Assembly (NCBI RefSeq): GCF_003018255.1
Contig: NZ_CP027440.1
DNA length: 64,000 nt
Source of the DNA: Escherichia coli
Lineage (GTDB): Bacteria > Pseudomonadota > Gammaproteobacteria > Enterobacterales > Enterobacteriaceae
Reading direction: 5' to 3' (one strand)
Every line of letters starts with the position of its first letter. Position 1 is the stretch's first letter. A program made the position numbers and the translations under genes. Below, piece by piece: positions 49,523-64,000 of the stretch. Below the pieces are notes generated by a model. That model did not search any database. It was given only the letters and a program-made list of their open reading frames with translations, and had not been told where the DNA came from.

Positions 49523-49864
49523 TTAGTGGGAGGCTCTGATTGCTGCTTTCAAGGCCGGAAGCCGGGATGGACTGGCACTGAGCTTATCAATCCCCATGGT
49601 GAGCAGTCGTGCTGTTTGCTGGATATCTCCAGCCATTTCGCCGCACATACTGACCGGAATTTCATTATTACGTCCGGCCTGACACACCATAGCAATAGCG
49701 TTAATCACCGCGTCATTACAATAATCGACCAGTTTCGCGACGGTGCTATTTCCTCTGTCTGCCGCCATAATATATTGCGTCATATCGTTGGTGCCGATGG
49801 AAAAGAAATCGACTTCACTGGCTAATTTGTCTGCAATCATGACTGCGGCAGGAACCTCAATCAT
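49523..49864 (-). pseudogene. C-terminal fragment of a PEP-utilising enzyme (PTS enzyme I / PtsI-like)
   Basis: 113 aa ORF with MIEVPAAVMIADKLASEVDFFSIGTNDMTQY...MCGEMAGD, the conserved PEP-utilisers C-terminal region; no N-terminal domains upstream (iraD is adjacent). Confidence 0.6.
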
Positions 49865-49900
49865 AATTCCCAGCGCCGGAAGATTTTCTGCAGAAAACTT

Positions 49901-50812
49901 TCAACCAGGTTCAATCTCCAGCTCGCGCAGTTCACGCCAGAAGCGTTCGGCAATTGGATTCATGCGGGTATTCATCCGGTATGCGTAGGCCTGAATCGGG
50001 ATCACCAGTTCTTCCCGATTCAGTACAACGAGCTGCCCGCTGCGAATTTCTTGTTGGATAGCGTATTCCGGCAGCCAGGCAATCCCACAGCCGTCGAGGG
50101 CAACCTGCTTTAATAGCTCGCTCATCGAAGAGACAAAAAAGGTGCTGAAACTCAACTCACTGTGGCGCGTCAGGGTGCGATTAATCAATCGCCCCATGTA
50201 GGAGTTGCGGCTGTAATTCAGTAACGGAAAGTGTGGCTGCGCGAGGTTAAACAGTGCTTCTCCGTGTTCGTCACTGGCGCAGACGGGGAATAATTGAGAT
50301 TCAAATAAGCGAATGTGGTCAAACGGCGCTTCCAGCAAATCTTCGTCGTGAAAGGAAAAAATACAGTCACTTTGCCCTTCGCGCAGTTTATCGACCGCTT
50401 CATCGACATCAATGGCTTCAATTGCCCAGGTAAAGAGCGGCGGCATCTGGCTGATAATGGACGGTAACAGACCGAGGGAAAGAGAGTGTGCAGCGGCTAT
50501 CTTGATTTTACGTTGCGCGTAATCGCTGCCGCCACGCAGCTCTGCCAGGTTGCTTTCTAACTGTTGCAACAGATGGCGGATCTGCGAATGGAAGATTTTC
50601 CCTTGTTCCGAGAGTTGCAGCGGCGTCACCTGGCGGTTAAACAATTCAACGCCAATCGCCTGTTCCAGTGCACGGATGCGGCGGCTGAATGCCGGTTGCG
50701 AGACGTTGCGACTGACTGCCGCCTGGGAAAAATTGCGACATTTTTCCAGGGTCAGAAAATCATAAAGCCATTTGGTTTCAATGTTATGCAAAACCGCACC
50801 ACAGTCATCCAT
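49901..50812 (-). CDS. hypT: LysR-family hypochlorite-responsive regulator HypT (YjiE)
   Basis: ORF 49901..50890 trimmed to ATG at 50812 (MDDCGAVLHNIETKWLYDFLTLEKCRNFSQAA...), 303 aa. Confidence 0.85.
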   Translation of the reverse strand: MDDCGAVLHNIETKWLYDFLTLEKCRNFSQAAVSRNVSQPAFSRRIRALEQAIGVELFNRQVTPLQLSEQGKIFHSQIRHLLQQLESNLAELRGGSDYAQRKIKIAAAHSLSLGLLPSIISQMPPLFTWAIEAIDVDEAVDKLREGQSDCIFSFHDEDLLEAPFDHIRLFESQLFPVCASDEHGEALFNLAQPHFPLLNYSRNSYMGRLINRTLTRHSELSFSTFFVSSMSELLKQVALDGCGIAWLPEYAIQQEIRSGQLVVLNREELVIPIQAYAYRMNTRMNPIAERFWRELRELEIEPG

Positions 50813-50876
50813 TACGTTATACTCTGTCAGCCGCCCTTGCGGGCATTCTACGTCCATTCGGGCGGCTGACAACCGG

Positions 50877-52049
50877 TTATGCCGTTTCAAACGTTCCTTT
50901 CACGCAGGCTTTGCCGTCTTTGACCATCAGTTTGCCGCGAGCGTATACCTGCTCAATGCGCAATTCAGGCGTCATGACCAGTAAGTCTGCGTCATTGCCT
51001 GGCAGAATTTCGCCTTTCCCGGTCAGGTTAAGGAAACCGGCTACGCTACTGGTGAGCGGGCGCAGGGCATCGCTAAGGCTGAAGCTATAGTCTTTGACCA
51101 ACATTTGCACGGTTTCCAGCAATGTTTCAAAACCTGCAACACCGATATGGGTTAAATTTCCTTCGTCATCAAAGAACGGCTGGCTACCGTTGCCGTCGGA
51201 GCTGAGGGTGACGCGTGCCAGCGGAATACCCGCCTGAACGGCGCGGGCAATACCTTCGGCAGGGGCGACCGGTTCGTCAATGCTACTGGTGATGTCGATG
51301 GTGCCGCCTTTGCGCGCGAACTCCAGCGCCTGCTCAAACAACGGAACGTTGCGGTTAACGTGGGTCGGCAGCAGCTTGCTGATCGGCACATCGCAGTTTT
51401 CCAGCAGGTCATAGACAGGCTGTAACGCCTTTTTGCTGTCGCCCATGTGGAACACGGTGACGCCAGGTTTACCGCCAAGCAAACCGCCAACGCGGGATTC
51501 CGCCGCCATATTAGCCAGGTGATAAACGTCAGGTGCGGCAGAACGGTGATCAGAGATGGCGCATTTCACACCAATCACGCGATCGATAATCGCCACGTCT
51601 TTTTCCACGGAACCTGTAATGGTGCGGGAAGGGACATGATAAGCGCCGGTCAGCATCCAGGCGCTGATGCCTTCTTCATTGAGCGCACGGGTCTTGGCGA
51701 GCAGGGATTCCGGGTGGCGAGAGATAGAGTCGGTACCCAGCAGACCAACCACTGACGTGACGCCCGCTTCCGTCAGACGACTTAACGCCACTTCCGGCGT
51801 GCGTGTCGTGGGACCTGCTTCGCCGCCACCACCAATCAAATGGACGTGTTGATCAATAAAACCTGGGCAGAGGATCTGCCCGCTGAGATCGACAACCGTG
51901 CAGTCTGGTACAATGTCAGAAGGGATGTTGCTGGCAACGGCAATAATTTTGCCGTTAGCGATGAGGACATCGCAAATTCCCCGATCTTCCGGCGCATACA
52001 AATGCGCTCCCTGCAGCAGGGTAAAACCGGCTGCGGAATAATCAATCAT
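50877..52049 (-). CDS. iadA: Isoaspartyl dipeptidase IadA
   Basis: 390 aa amidohydrolase (HxH metal motif QHVHLIGGGGEAG). Confidence 0.9.
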   Translation of the reverse strand: MIDYSAAGFTLLQGAHLYAPEDRGICDVLIANGKIIAVASNIPSDIVPDCTVVDLSGQILCPGFIDQHVHLIGGGGEAGPTTRTPEVALSRLTEAGVTSVVGLLGTDSISRHPESLLAKTRALNEEGISAWMLTGAYHVPSRTITGSVEKDVAIIDRVIGVKCAISDHRSAAPDVYHLANMAAESRVGGLLGGKPGVTVFHMGDSKKALQPVYDLLENCDVPISKLLPTHVNRNVPLFEQALEFARKGGTIDITSSIDEPVAPAEGIARAVQAGIPLARVTLSSDGNGSQPFFDDEGNLTHIGVAGFETLLETVQMLVKDYSFSLSDALRPLTSSVAGFLNLTGKGEILPGNDADLLVMTPELRIEQVYARGKLMVKDGKACVKGTFETA

Positions 52050-52061
52050 GGTAACTCCTTG

Positions 52062-52523
52062 TTAAACAATAAGCTGCATAACCCAGATCGACAGCAATGC
52101 GTTAATCACGCAGACCGTAATGATATGCGGGTAATATTTGGCATTCACTTCGGCTGTTCCCAGGCAGCGACCGACATTTTGCACCGGGTTGCCCATTAAA
52201 TACATCGCGGGCAGTAAAACGGTGACATCGTGGCCGGTTAATGCGCCAGCGGTTGCCAGACTGGCGGCAACACCGACTGCGCCGCCCATGCTCATCAATG
52301 CGGCTAAAAGGACGGTTGCCGCTTCACCGGGCAATCCCCACAGCGCCATTACGGGTTCACAGATATGTCCCACCCAGTCGAGCAGGCCAGTAATTTTCAG
52401 CGCCTGGATGATGACAAAGGCCATCACCACGTTTGGCAGCAGGTTGGTGGTAGCGATAGTAAAGCCACGGCGCGCGCCATCAATAAACATATCCATGACG
52501 TTTTTGCGGACCTGAGTTGTCAT
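52062..52523 (-). CDS. yjiG: Inner membrane protein YjiG (SpmB-like)
   Basis: 153 aa membrane protein; ATGA overlap with yjiH. Confidence 0.85.
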   Translation of the reverse strand: MTTQVRKNVMDMFIDGARRGFTIATTNLLPNVVMAFVIIQALKITGLLDWVGHICEPVMALWGLPGEAATVLLAALMSMGGAVGVAASLATAGALTGHDVTVLLPAMYLMGNPVQNVGRCLGTAEVNAKYYPHIITVCVINALLSIWVMQLIV

Positions 52524-53215
52524 GCTTGCGCTCCTTGCGTTGGGTTGCGACGTTCTTCGAAGTTAAGCCAGACGCGCAAAATGTTGGCTCCGACAAATTT
52601 AAACACCAGGATGACGGCTAAAGGTACGATTACGGACGTGCCCAGAAAGGCAAACACCGCGACGCCGGAAGAGAAGTAGTTGGTGATGATGGCGCTACCG
52701 CTGGTTTGATAGGCGGCGAATATCACTTTATCACGTTCGGTAATTTCCCCTTCCTGCGCCAGTTCTTTGGTCATACCTGCGGCGGCATCGGTGTTTTGCA
52801 GGTTAGCAATCAGCGCCAGTGAACAGATGCCTGGAATGCCCAACAACGGTTTTAGCACGGGCGTCATTAACTGCTGCGCGGCGCGTAATCCGCCAAGACC
52901 ATCGGTAATTGAAATAATCCCCAGAGAGAGAATGACTGACGGTGCCAGTTCCAGCGCGAAGAGAAAGCCATCTTTAGCTCCTGTGCCACCTGCGCCGCGA
53001 AACGAGGTGGTGGCGCCATTCGCACCAGGCAGTTGCCCAAACGATCCGTTCAGCACGGAAAAATCAAAAACGCGCCACCAACTGTCTGTCCCGGAAAAAA
53101 CACCGGAAAAAAAGATTATGGTGAGAAAAAAAGCCAGATACCCTTTAATGCCCACTTTTTCTGTCGCCAGCTCCCCGGCTACAGCATCCCCTTGTTGTGT
53201 CATAACAATCCCCAT
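52520..53215 (-). CDS. yjiH: Inner membrane protein YjiH (SpmA-like)
   Basis: 231 aa ORF (true start may be a few codons in). Confidence 0.8.
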   Translation of the reverse strand: MGIVMTQQGDAVAGELATEKVGIKGYLAFFLTIIFFSGVFSGTDSWWRVFDFSVLNGSFGQLPGANGATTSFRGAGGTGAKDGFLFALELAPSVILSLGIISITDGLGGLRAAQQLMTPVLKPLLGIPGICSLALIANLQNTDAAAGMTKELAQEGEITERDKVIFAAYQTSGSAIITNYFSSGVAVFAFLGTSVIVPLAVILVFKFVGANILRVWLNFEERRNPTQGAQA

Positions 53216-53452
53216 TGTTTTTTTGTGTTTGTGTGTTGCTTGAGCCAGGAAAATTCCTGGAGCTGAAAAACCTTATCAGCCATGTGGGTATGGGGAAAAT
53301 GCAAGTATGTTTCTGGCTATGCGTTTTTTGCATAGCGGAAAAATGACGCTGTGTGGCAAAGGTTCTGCGCAGGATTGAGTTGCAGAAAATTCATAAACCC
53401 AGTGACAATGACATCAGTAAATAAAAACAGAAAATCCAGGGACGAGAACGAG

Positions 53453-54007
53453 ATGGCAAAATACAACGACAAAGAGCTGGCAGAGACGAGCAAGTTTTTA
53501 AGTTTTGTCCTCCGACATAAACCAGAGGCGATTGGCATCGTGCTGGACCGTGAAGGATGGGCGGATATCGATAAGCTCATACTCTGTGCCCAAAAAGCGG
53601 GCAAGCGGTTAACCCGCGCATTACTGGATATCGTTGTCGCTACCAGCGATAAAAAGCGCTTTAGTTATTCCAGTGATGGTACGTGTATTCGCGCCGTTCA
53701 GGGGCATTCGACTTCGCAGGTCGCCATTGGCTTCATCGAAAAAACACCGCCACAATTTCTCTACCATGGTACGGCAAGCCGTTTTCTTGACGAGATAAAA
53801 AAACAAGGGCTGATTGCAGGGGAGCGCCATTACGTGCATCTCTCTGCTGATGAAGCAACGGCACGCAAAGTGGGAGCAAGACACGGATCGCCAGTTATTT
53901 TAACCGTCAAAGCACAGGAAATGGCGAAACGAGGCATCCCTTTTTGGCAAGCGGAAAACGGGGTCTGGCTGACATCAACAGTTGCGGTTGAGTTTCTTGA
54001 GTGGTAA
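53453..54007 (+). CDS. kptA: RNA 2'-phosphotransferase KptA (Tpt1 family)
   Basis: ORF 53351 trimmed to ATG at 53453 ([25 protein letters not shown]...), 184 aa. Confidence 0.85.
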   Translation: MAKYNDKELAETSKFLSFVLRHKPEAIGIVLDREGWADIDKLILCAQKAGKRLTRALLDIVVATSDKKRFSYSSDGTCIRAVQGHSTSQVAIGFIEKTPPQFLYHGTASRFLDEIKKQGLIAGERHYVHLSADEATARKVGARHGSPVILTVKAQEMAKRGIPFWQAENGVWLTSTVAVEFLEW

Positions 54008-54019
54008 GGGAAACTTCTC

Positions 54020-55198
54020 TCACGAAGTGACCACTTGTAGCTTAAATAATTGCACTGTGCTGATAAGCGCAGCAATAAACAACGCCGCCGCGCCGCAGAG
54101 AGTGGCGCTGGCAAGCGCCGATGTTCCATTGCCGAGCATACTGGTCAGCGCCGGGCCGAGGATTTGCCCAATGCCGTAAATGAGCGTCACAAAGCCTAAA
54201 AGATTGAGATTTCCCGGTACGCTCAGTTGGCGGGCGATAGTCATCACCAGAGATGTCGTGCCCATAAAGGTACCGCCAAAACCAAGACTGCTGATGATAA
54301 GCAAGAGAGGCGAGTCGCTGGCGAGAGTAAGCAGCACACAGATAGCCTGCACCAGCAAATTCGCCGTCAGGCAGGGCAAAGCCCCCCAACGTTTTGCGGC
54401 CCATAGCCAGCCAAAGCAACCAGGCACAATTGATAAGCCGACTAACGTCCAGAGATGGGCGGTTAACAATGGTGAGCCTGCATCTTTCGCCATGAGCGGC
54501 AGGTAAGTCGCGACGATGATATAACCAAATCCCGCCAGGCCGTACAGAATAGCCAGTAACCACCAGCTCATTATCTGTTGCTCCGTTTTTGCCAATGGCA
54601 TTGGTACGATGGCGTGTTTTTTCGAGGGCATTAAAAGCGTAAGTGCAATCAGTATCATGCCAGAAAGCGCCCCGGCGCCTTGCCATAACGTTTGCGAGGA
54701 GAGGTCAAAATGCAGGCCTGCCAGAATATATTCATTGCCCAGTGCGATGCCAATGCCAACGCCAGAAAACAAAGCTGCCAGCACAAAAGGATGGCGCGTG
54801 TGCTGCATAATCAGCGTCGAACCAAAAATCAGCATTCCGGCGCTGGCGACACCCGCCAGGACGCGAATCAATAACACCAGAATAAATGGCGGCAACCATG
54901 CCATTGCGAGGATCAACAACCCGCTCGCCAGGGCAGAAGCCAACAGAAATGGGCGCAGGCGCGATGGCTGGTGAAATGCGCCAAAAGAAAATAGCAGACT
55001 GCCAGCCAGATACCCCGCATAGTTGCCGCTGGCAATCCACGAGAGCTGGCTAAATGAAAACGATCCTTCCGCCATCATGACGGGCAACATAGGCGTATAA
55101 AGGAAGCGGCCTAAACCCATACCTAAGGTCAGAACCAGCATCCCGAAAAGCGCGGTGCTGAAAGAAAAGCGTTCTACGGGATGCGTGGACGAAGGCAT
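54020..55198 (-). CDS. yjiJ: MFS transporter YjiJ
   Basis: 392 aa, ~12 TM helices. Confidence 0.8.
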   Translation of the reverse strand: MPSSTHPVERFSFSTALFGMLVLTLGMGLGRFLYTPMLPVMMAEGSFSFSQLSWIASGNYAGYLAGSLLFSFGAFHQPSRLRPFLLASALASGLLILAMAWLPPFILVLLIRVLAGVASAGMLIFGSTLIMQHTRHPFVLAALFSGVGIGIALGNEYILAGLHFDLSSQTLWQGAGALSGMILIALTLLMPSKKHAIVPMPLAKTEQQIMSWWLLAILYGLAGFGYIIVATYLPLMAKDAGSPLLTAHLWTLVGLSIVPGCFGWLWAAKRWGALPCLTANLLVQAICVLLTLASDSPLLLIISSLGFGGTFMGTTSLVMTIARQLSVPGNLNLLGFVTLIYGIGQILGPALTSMLGNGTSALASATLCGAAALFIAALISTVQLFKLQVVTS

Positions 55199-55265
55199 GT
55201 TTAACCTTGTTTGTCATTTTTGTTGTTAACAAGTTAATAACAAAAAGGTGAAGCATGCCAGCCTG

Positions 55266-58373
<3,108 letters not shown>

Positions 58374-58488
58374 GATTTTCCTTCCCCGTACCACGGGAGA
58401 TAATGAAAAGAGGCCACATTATTACCATTCTTTTAGTGTGGTTTATTTGATCTCTCTCGCGGTTAGCCACTTAGTTTTTCATGGATTT

Positions 58489-59769
58489 CTATAAATTGCC
58501 GAGGGGGAACAAGGCCGGGAGCTGCGACAGCAAATACAAAATAAGTCCAATACAACCGCCAACCAGCGTACCGTTGACACGGATAAACTGGAGATCTTTG
58601 CCGATATTTAACTCGATTTGCCGCGACATATCCCGTGCGTCCCAGCTTTTTACCGTGTCGCTGATATGGCGAGTCAGGAATGCGGAAAACTCAGGCGCAA
58701 CGCGGTGTGCGGCTTGTTCGAGATGACCATTTAACGACGCCCGCAAGGCATCATCGGCAATTAACGTTTCGCCAAACCATTGCCCCGCCCGCGCGATACG
58801 TTCTTTCACACGAGAATCTTCACTGTTGATATCCGCTTTCAGCCATTCCCGTAAATCCCCCCACAATTCACTGAGATAGCGGTTAAAAGCTTCGTCTTCT
58901 TTCAGATAGCTTTTTACGGCATCGGCTCGCGCTGCCATTTCAGGATCGTTTTTCAGTTTCTCGATCAGGGCGAAGGTAGCGCGATCAAACGCATGGCGGA
59001 TCTGATGCGCACGATCGCGGCTGATATCATCAAGCAAAGAATTCACCGCGTCAGAAACCAACTCCGCGCTATGTTCGCCCAGCCATTCAGTGGGCAAAAT
59101 TTTGGCTTTCAGTGGATGCTCGCTCTCCAGCCAGCGAACAATTTGCTGGGCGATAAACTTGCGCGATTTATCGCGCTGGAGAAGGGCGATCAACTGTGCG
59201 ATCAGCGTATCGAGCAGCACCTGATGACGATCGTTTTTGGTCATACTCTCCAGCATCAACGCACTGGTGCCAGAAAGATCAACCTTATCAATCGCCCGGT
59301 GGACCGCGCGCTTAAGCAGGCGCTGAATACGCGCATCATCGGTCAGTTCAAGAAAACCGCTCATGATCTGCAACAGATGCTGACCAACGCGGCGGGCGTT
59401 TTCTGGCTGACTAAACCAGTTGCCAATCAACAACGCCGGTTCGTGACGTCGAATCAATGCCACCAGCGATTGGGTATCGAGAAATTTTTCCTGCACGAAC
59501 TGACCGAGATTTTCGCCAATCCGGTCTTTATTACGCGGGATAATCGCCGTATGACGAGAAATGATCGGAATCGGCACGCGGCGAAACAGCGCCACCACCG
59601 CAAACCAGTCCGCCAGCGCGCCGACCATCGCCGCTTCAGCAATCGCCTTCACGCCGCTCACCCAAAAATTGGGCGGCAAAAACAGCGTAACGACAAAGGT
59701 AGCAGCGGCGATAAGCAGTAAAGAGAGCGCCAACATTTTGGCGCGTCTGAGTTCAATGAGTTTATTCAT
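58489..59769 (-). CDS. yjiN: DUF445-family inner membrane protein YjiN
   Basis: 426 aa, N- and C-terminal TM helices. Confidence 0.8.
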   Translation of the reverse strand: MNKLIELRRAKMLALSLLLIAAATFVVTLFLPPNFWVSGVKAIAEAAMVGALADWFAVVALFRRVPIPIISRHTAIIPRNKDRIGENLGQFVQEKFLDTQSLVALIRRHEPALLIGNWFSQPENARRVGQHLLQIMSGFLELTDDARIQRLLKRAVHRAIDKVDLSGTSALMLESMTKNDRHQVLLDTLIAQLIALLQRDKSRKFIAQQIVRWLESEHPLKAKILPTEWLGEHSAELVSDAVNSLLDDISRDRAHQIRHAFDRATFALIEKLKNDPEMAARADAVKSYLKEDEAFNRYLSELWGDLREWLKADINSEDSRVKERIARAGQWFGETLIADDALRASLNGHLEQAAHRVAPEFSAFLTRHISDTVKSWDARDMSRQIELNIGKDLQFIRVNGTLVGGCIGLILYLLSQLPALFPLGNL

Positions 59770-59809
59770 AATGTTAAGAATAGAGCCTGACGGCGGGATC
59801 GCGCAAAAA

Positions 59810-61042
59810 TCACCGCTCCTCCGCCAGCTCGGCAGCCTGATGTTGGCGCACGCGATTGAGCAATCCCGCCAGGGTGAAAACGACGATAACGCCCGCCACG
59901 ACGGCTAACAGATGAAACGGCAAGCGACCGCCGTTAAACCACAGCCACCGGCCGATTTCGACCGAGACAGACATCACCATCAGGATCACCATATTCAGCG
60001 ATGCGGAGACGGTCCCTTTCGGTAAGTTATTGGAAAACAGCGTAAAGCGGAATAAGGTCGGGAAAATCAAACCAATCCCGAAAGCATACAGACTGGTGCC
60101 CAGCACCGACCACAGCCAGACGTGCGGTGACAGCAGATTGCCGATAATCAACAGCGCGAGGCCAACCAGTTGAATGGGTACGGCACGCCAGATAAAGCGC
60201 GGTTCGGTCGGATCTTTAACGAAACGCGCCGCGATGGCATTCGCGACAATCACCGCGCCGAACACCGGAACCTGTGTCCAGGCGAACTGCGAGGTCGTTA
60301 AGCCGCCTGCGTCGATCAGGATCACCGGCGAGACAGCCACCCAACTCATCATTGGGATATAGCTTAAAGAGATGGTTGCTGCGCCAAAGAGGAACAGCCG
60401 ATTGCAAAAGACATTACGAAAATCGCGCAAGACGCTTTTGGCGCTAAATGGAACCGCGCCGCGCTTCACCGTCTCTGGCATCGCCAGCAGTAAGCCAACA
60501 AATGAGATAAAACCCATAACCGCAATGATGGCAAAAAGGACTTTCCAGTGCACAAAGTGCATCAGAGCTGCGCCGGAAAGCGGGCCAATAATCGGCGCAA
60601 TCAGTACGATGGAGGTGATAATCGCCATCAACTTGATCCCTTTTGTCTGTCCAAACGCCTCCTGCACCGTGACATAACCAACGGTGGCAATAAAACAGAT
60701 ACTGGTGCCCTGAATTGCACGCGCGATAAGAAATTGTGTCATTGACGTGGTGAACATTGTCGCGGCGCAGGCAAGGGTAAAAATTAACGCCCCGGTAATC
60801 AGCACCGGCCTGCGGCCAATTCTGTCGGAAAGCGGCCCCAGCAGCCACTGTAACGCCATACCGCCAGCAAGATAGAGACTGACGGCAGCAGGGGCCAGAC
60901 TGACATCGGCATTAAAATCACGGACCACATTAATGATCCCTGGCTGGATCAGGTCCGTCGACAGATACGCAGCAAAGTCATACAAAATCAACGCCATCGG
61001 GAAAAACAGCGTGGCGGCATGGCGGGCAAAAAAACGTGGCAT
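59810..61042 (-). CDS. mdtM: MFS multidrug efflux transporter MdtM
   Basis: ORF 59810..61051 trimmed to ATG at 61042 ([27 protein letters not shown]...), 410 aa. Confidence 0.85.
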   Translation of the reverse strand: MPRFFARHAATLFFPMALILYDFAAYLSTDLIQPGIINVVRDFNADVSLAPAAVSLYLAGGMALQWLLGPLSDRIGRRPVLITGALIFTLACAATMFTTSMTQFLIARAIQGTSICFIATVGYVTVQEAFGQTKGIKLMAIITSIVLIAPIIGPLSGAALMHFVHWKVLFAIIAVMGFISFVGLLLAMPETVKRGAVPFSAKSVLRDFRNVFCNRLFLFGAATISLSYIPMMSWVAVSPVILIDAGGLTTSQFAWTQVPVFGAVIVANAIAARFVKDPTEPRFIWRAVPIQLVGLALLIIGNLLSPHVWLWSVLGTSLYAFGIGLIFPTLFRFTLFSNNLPKGTVSASLNMVILMVMSVSVEIGRWLWFNGGRLPFHLLAVVAGVIVVFTLAGLLNRVRQHQAAELAEER

Positions 61043-61508
61043 AACAAACAACTCCTTGTCCGGAGAACCCCAATGGGGAAAACGAAATTCAATACCGTCG
61101 GTAATGACTAAAGGCAGGCGAGAAGGACAAATGTACTGAATTTCATGTAATCAACCACACTGCCTGTGAACACACAGACAGAGAAATACCTTCTGACTCC
61201 AGGTCAGAATGTATAACGATTACAAATAGTCATCAGCACATTACACCTCTTGAATTGATGGGTTGCATAGAAAATATACACCTTAAGTGTAATTAAAATT
61301 TGCGGTTAATCAAAAGAGTGCGGTGGAAAGGGGAATATCTGCCGGGTACAGGAAATGTAAAATGCGAGCCTGTTTCCGGAAAAATGTATCGTTTGCAGAA
61401 GAATAAAAATAGCCTGGAAACCGCCTCGGGGAATAGGAAATAGCCAGGTGTGAATGGCTTTGTTAGTCGCTAAAGTTGGGCCATCTTATCTACAGGTGAC
61501 GGATCGCC

Positions 61509-62453
61509 ATGACAAACTTTACGACCAGCACGCCGCATGACGCATTATTTAAATCCTTTCTCACACACTCTGACACCGCGCGGGATTTTATGGAGATCCA
61601 CTTACCCAAAGATTTACGTGAACTGTGCGATCTCGATAGCTTAAAACTGGAATCCGCCAGCTTTGTCGATGAAAAATTGCGGGCGCTACATTCCGATATT
61701 CTGTGGTCGGTAAAGACCCGTGAAGGCGATGGCTATATTTATGTAGTGATTGAACATCAGAGCCGTGAGGATATTCATATGGCCTTTCGTCTGATGCGAT
61801 ATTCCATGGCGGTGATGCAGCGCCATATCGAACATGATAAACGCCGGCAGCTACCGCTGGTCATCCCGATGCTGTTTTATCACGGTAGCCGTAGTCCTTA
61901 TCCCTGGTCCCTGTGCTGGCTGGACGAATTTGCCGACCCGACTACCGCACGGAAGCTTTATACCGCCGCGTTCCCGCTGGTGGATATCACTGTCGTGCCA
62001 GACGACGAGATTGTGCAGCATCGCAGAGTCGCCCTGTTGGAGTTGATCCAAAAGCATATTCGCCAGCGCGATCTGATGGGGCTTATTGACCAACTGGTAG
62101 TATTACTGGTTACAGAGTGTGCTAATGACAGCCAGATAACTGCGCTGTTAAATTACATTTTACTGACTGGTGATGAAGCGCGTTTTAATGAGTTTATCAG
62201 TGAAATTACCCGTCGACTGCCACAACAAAGGGAGCGAATAATGACGATTGCAGAGCGAATTCATAATGATGGATGGCTGTTAGGGATGGAAAAGGGGAAA
62301 GAAGAAGGGGAACAACGCCTCCTTAGATTGCTTTTGCAGAACGGTGCGGATCCTGAATGGATACAACGATATACTGGACTTTCGGCAGAGCAAATGCAGG
62401 CATTAGAGCAACCCTTGCCTGAAAGCAAGCGCGATCCATGGATCGAGTACTAA
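61509..62453 (+). CDS. rpnD: Recombination-promoting nuclease RpnD (transposase_31 / PD-(D/E)XK family; YjiP/YjiQ)
   Basis: 314 aa intact ORF; Rpn-family N-terminus [27 protein letters not shown]. Confidence 0.75.
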   Translation: MTNFTTSTPHDALFKSFLTHSDTARDFMEIHLPKDLRELCDLDSLKLESASFVDEKLRALHSDILWSVKTREGDGYIYVVIEHQSREDIHMAFRLMRYSMAVMQRHIEHDKRRQLPLVIPMLFYHGSRSPYPWSLCWLDEFADPTTARKLYTAAFPLVDITVVPDDEIVQHRRVALLELIQKHIRQRDLMGLIDQLVVLLVTECANDSQITALLNYILLTGDEARFNEFISEITRRLPQQRERIMTIAERIHNDGWLLGMEKGKEEGEQRLLRLLLQNGADPEWIQRYTGLSAEQMQALEQPLPESKRDPWIEY

Positions 62454-62543
62454 TCAGAGACTGATGACAAACGCAAAGCTGCCTGATGTGCTACGCTTAT
62501 CAGACCTACATTACCTCTGCAATCTATTGAATTTGCGCGATTT

Positions 62544-62577
62544 GTAAGCCGGATAAGGCGTTCACGCCGCATCCGGT
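62544..62577. repeat. REP element
   Basis: GTAAGCCGGATAAGGCGTTCACGCCGCATCCGG, same family as 47834-47866. Confidence 0.55.
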
Positions 62578-62694
62578 ATGAACAAAGCACACTTTGCCTA
62601 AGCCATGCTGGAACGTGGCGATGCCCCTGCAAAGATAAAACGAGTCACAGGCGATTCGTGAGAGGAAATCAGGGGCCTCGCCACTAATTCGAAT

Positions 62695-64000
62695 TCATTC
62701 CATTGCCCGATACACGGCTTCGCCAATTTGCTTTAGTGCTTCGCGATAGGTTTCGCTGAGCGGCAAAGCGCAGTTGATGCGCAGACAATTACGGTATTTG
62801 CCGGAAGCCGAGAAAATCGAGCCTGCTGCCACCTGGATTTTCATGCGGTAAAGCTGCCGCGCGACGCAGACCATATCGACCTGTTCAGGCAATTCTATCC
62901 ACAGTAAAAATCCGCCTTTCGGGCGCGTAATACAGATTTCGCAGGGAAAATATTCCCGTATCCAGCAGGTATAAAGCGCCAAATTGCGCTGATAGATCTG
63001 CCGCATCCGCCGGATATGGCGATGATAGTGACCTTCCAGCACAAACGTTGCCGCCGCCATTTGCGTGGACGGCACATTAAAGCTGCTGATGGCGTATTTC
63101 ATATGCATCAGTTTATCGTGATAACGCCCCGGTGCGACCCAACCCACGCGCAGGCCTGGTGCAATACTTTTACTGAACGAGCTGCACAGCAGCACTCGCC
63201 CGTCGATATCCCAGGAATGAATGGTCCGCGGGCGCGGATACTCCGTCGCCAGTTCGCCGTAGACATCATCTTCAAAAATCACAATATCATGACGCTGAGC
63301 GAGAGAGAGAACGGCCCGTTTGCGTGCGTCCGGCATAATAAATCCCAGCGGATTATTACAGTTTGGCACCAGAATGATGCCTTTAATCGGCCACTGTTCC
63401 AGCGCCAGTTCCAGCGCTTCAACGCTGATGCCTGTTTCTGGATCGGTTGGGATTTCAATCACTTTCACGCCCATACCGCGCAGCATCTGCATTGAACCGT
63501 AATAACAGGGGGATTCGACTGCGACAATATCGCCCGGTTTACATACCGCCATTAACGCCAGCGACATCGAGTTATGGCAGCCGCTGGTGATAATGATGTC
63601 ATCGGCGGTGACCACCGAGCCGCTGTCGAGCATCAGGCGGGCAATCTGCTCTCGCAACACTCGCTGACCGGCTAACAAGTCATAACCGAGAACGGTTTGC
63701 AGATTATGCTGCACCACCCGGCTTAGCTCCCGCCACAGCGGTTTCAGGCTGGGCGTTTCGACATCCGGCGTGCTTTTACTTAACGGAACAATGGAACTGT
63801 CGCTATGCGCCTCCAGCATATCCAGCACTTGATCCCACTGGGTAATTTCCACCGGGCGCTGCACCGGACGCGTCATCGGCGGTACTGGCGGCTGGGCTTT
63901 ACGTTGTGCGACAAAATAACCCGAACGCGGCTGCGGAGTGATGAGCTTCATCGTCTCCAGCGTCTGGTACGCCTGCTGCACGGTGCTAATACTGACGCCG
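62695..64000 (-). CDS. yjiR: MocR/GntR-family PLP-dependent transcriptional regulator YjiR, C-terminal part (5' end beyond window)
   Basis: Aminotransferase class I/II-like domain; ORF reaches the window edge with no start in window. Confidence 0.8.
   Translation of the reverse strand, partial: GVSISTVQQAYQTLETMKLITPQPRSGYFVAQRKAQPPVPPMTRPVQRPVEITQWDQVLDMLEAHSDSSIVPLSKSTPDVETPSLKPLWRELSRVVQHNLQTVLGYDLLAGQRVLREQIARLMLDSGSVVTADDIIITSGCHNSMSLALMAVCKPGDIVAVESPCYYGSMQMLRGMGVKVIEIPTDPETGISVEALELALEQWPIKGIILVPNCNNPLGFIMPDARKRAVLSLAQRHDIVIFEDDVYGELATEYPRPRTIHSWDIDGRVLLCSSFSKSIAPGLRVGWVAPGRYHDKLMHMKYAISSFNVPSTQMAAATFVLEGHYHRHIRRMRQIYQRNLALYTCWIREYFPCEICITRPKGGFLLWIELPEQVDMVCVARQLYRMKIQVAAGSIFSASGKYRNCLRINCALPLSETYREALKQIGEAVYRAME

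Noticed and set aside
53317-54179. Several short ORFs overlapping kptA and the yjiH-kptA intergenic region (53317..53604, 53621..53884, 53830..54129, 53982..54179)
   Set aside because: They overlap or are antisense to kptA or yjiJ and are likely spurious.

Overview
This window looks like Escherichia coli chromosome at the leuX-proximal island / fim / uxu / yji region. All calls are from reading the sequence and ORF track plus recalled protein families; no database search was run. Positions 1-~28.6 kb are the distal part of an integrative conjugative element (ICE) of the PFGI-1 / pKLC102 / SPI-7 type, transcribed on the minus strand: a partial VirB4-like ATPase, a block of small T4SS membrane proteins including a RAQPRD-family protein, the TraD coupling protein, a lytic transglycosylase, a topoisomerase III gene broken by one in-frame TAG, and STY4528-, ParB- and AlpA-like genes. 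An AT-rich cargo block sits inside the T4SS operon (polytopic membrane protein plus RelE/ParE toxin-antitoxin pair). A second AT-rich cargo block at 21.2-28.1 kb carries a tightly coupled three-gene operon (DUF262/ParB-like protein, ABC-type ATPase, unknown protein) that I could not match to a named defence system, next to a cytosine-5 methyltransferase, a putative restriction endonuclease and Vsr. A fosA remnant and a degenerate copy of the leuX tRNA 3' end (candidate attR) mark the island edge near 28.3-28.6 kb. From ~30 kb the window is conserved core: nanS-nanM-nanC, the nanC-fimB regulatory region with a NanR operator, fimB, fimE, the fimS switch (apparently phase OFF), fimAICDFGH, gntP, uxuAB, uxuR, iraD, a PTS enzyme I fragment, hypT, iadA, yjiG, yjiH, kptA, yjiJ, yjiK, yjiL, yjiM, yjiN, mdtM, rpnD and the 3' part of yjiR. 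No rRNA, intact tRNA, CRISPR array or IS transposase was seen.
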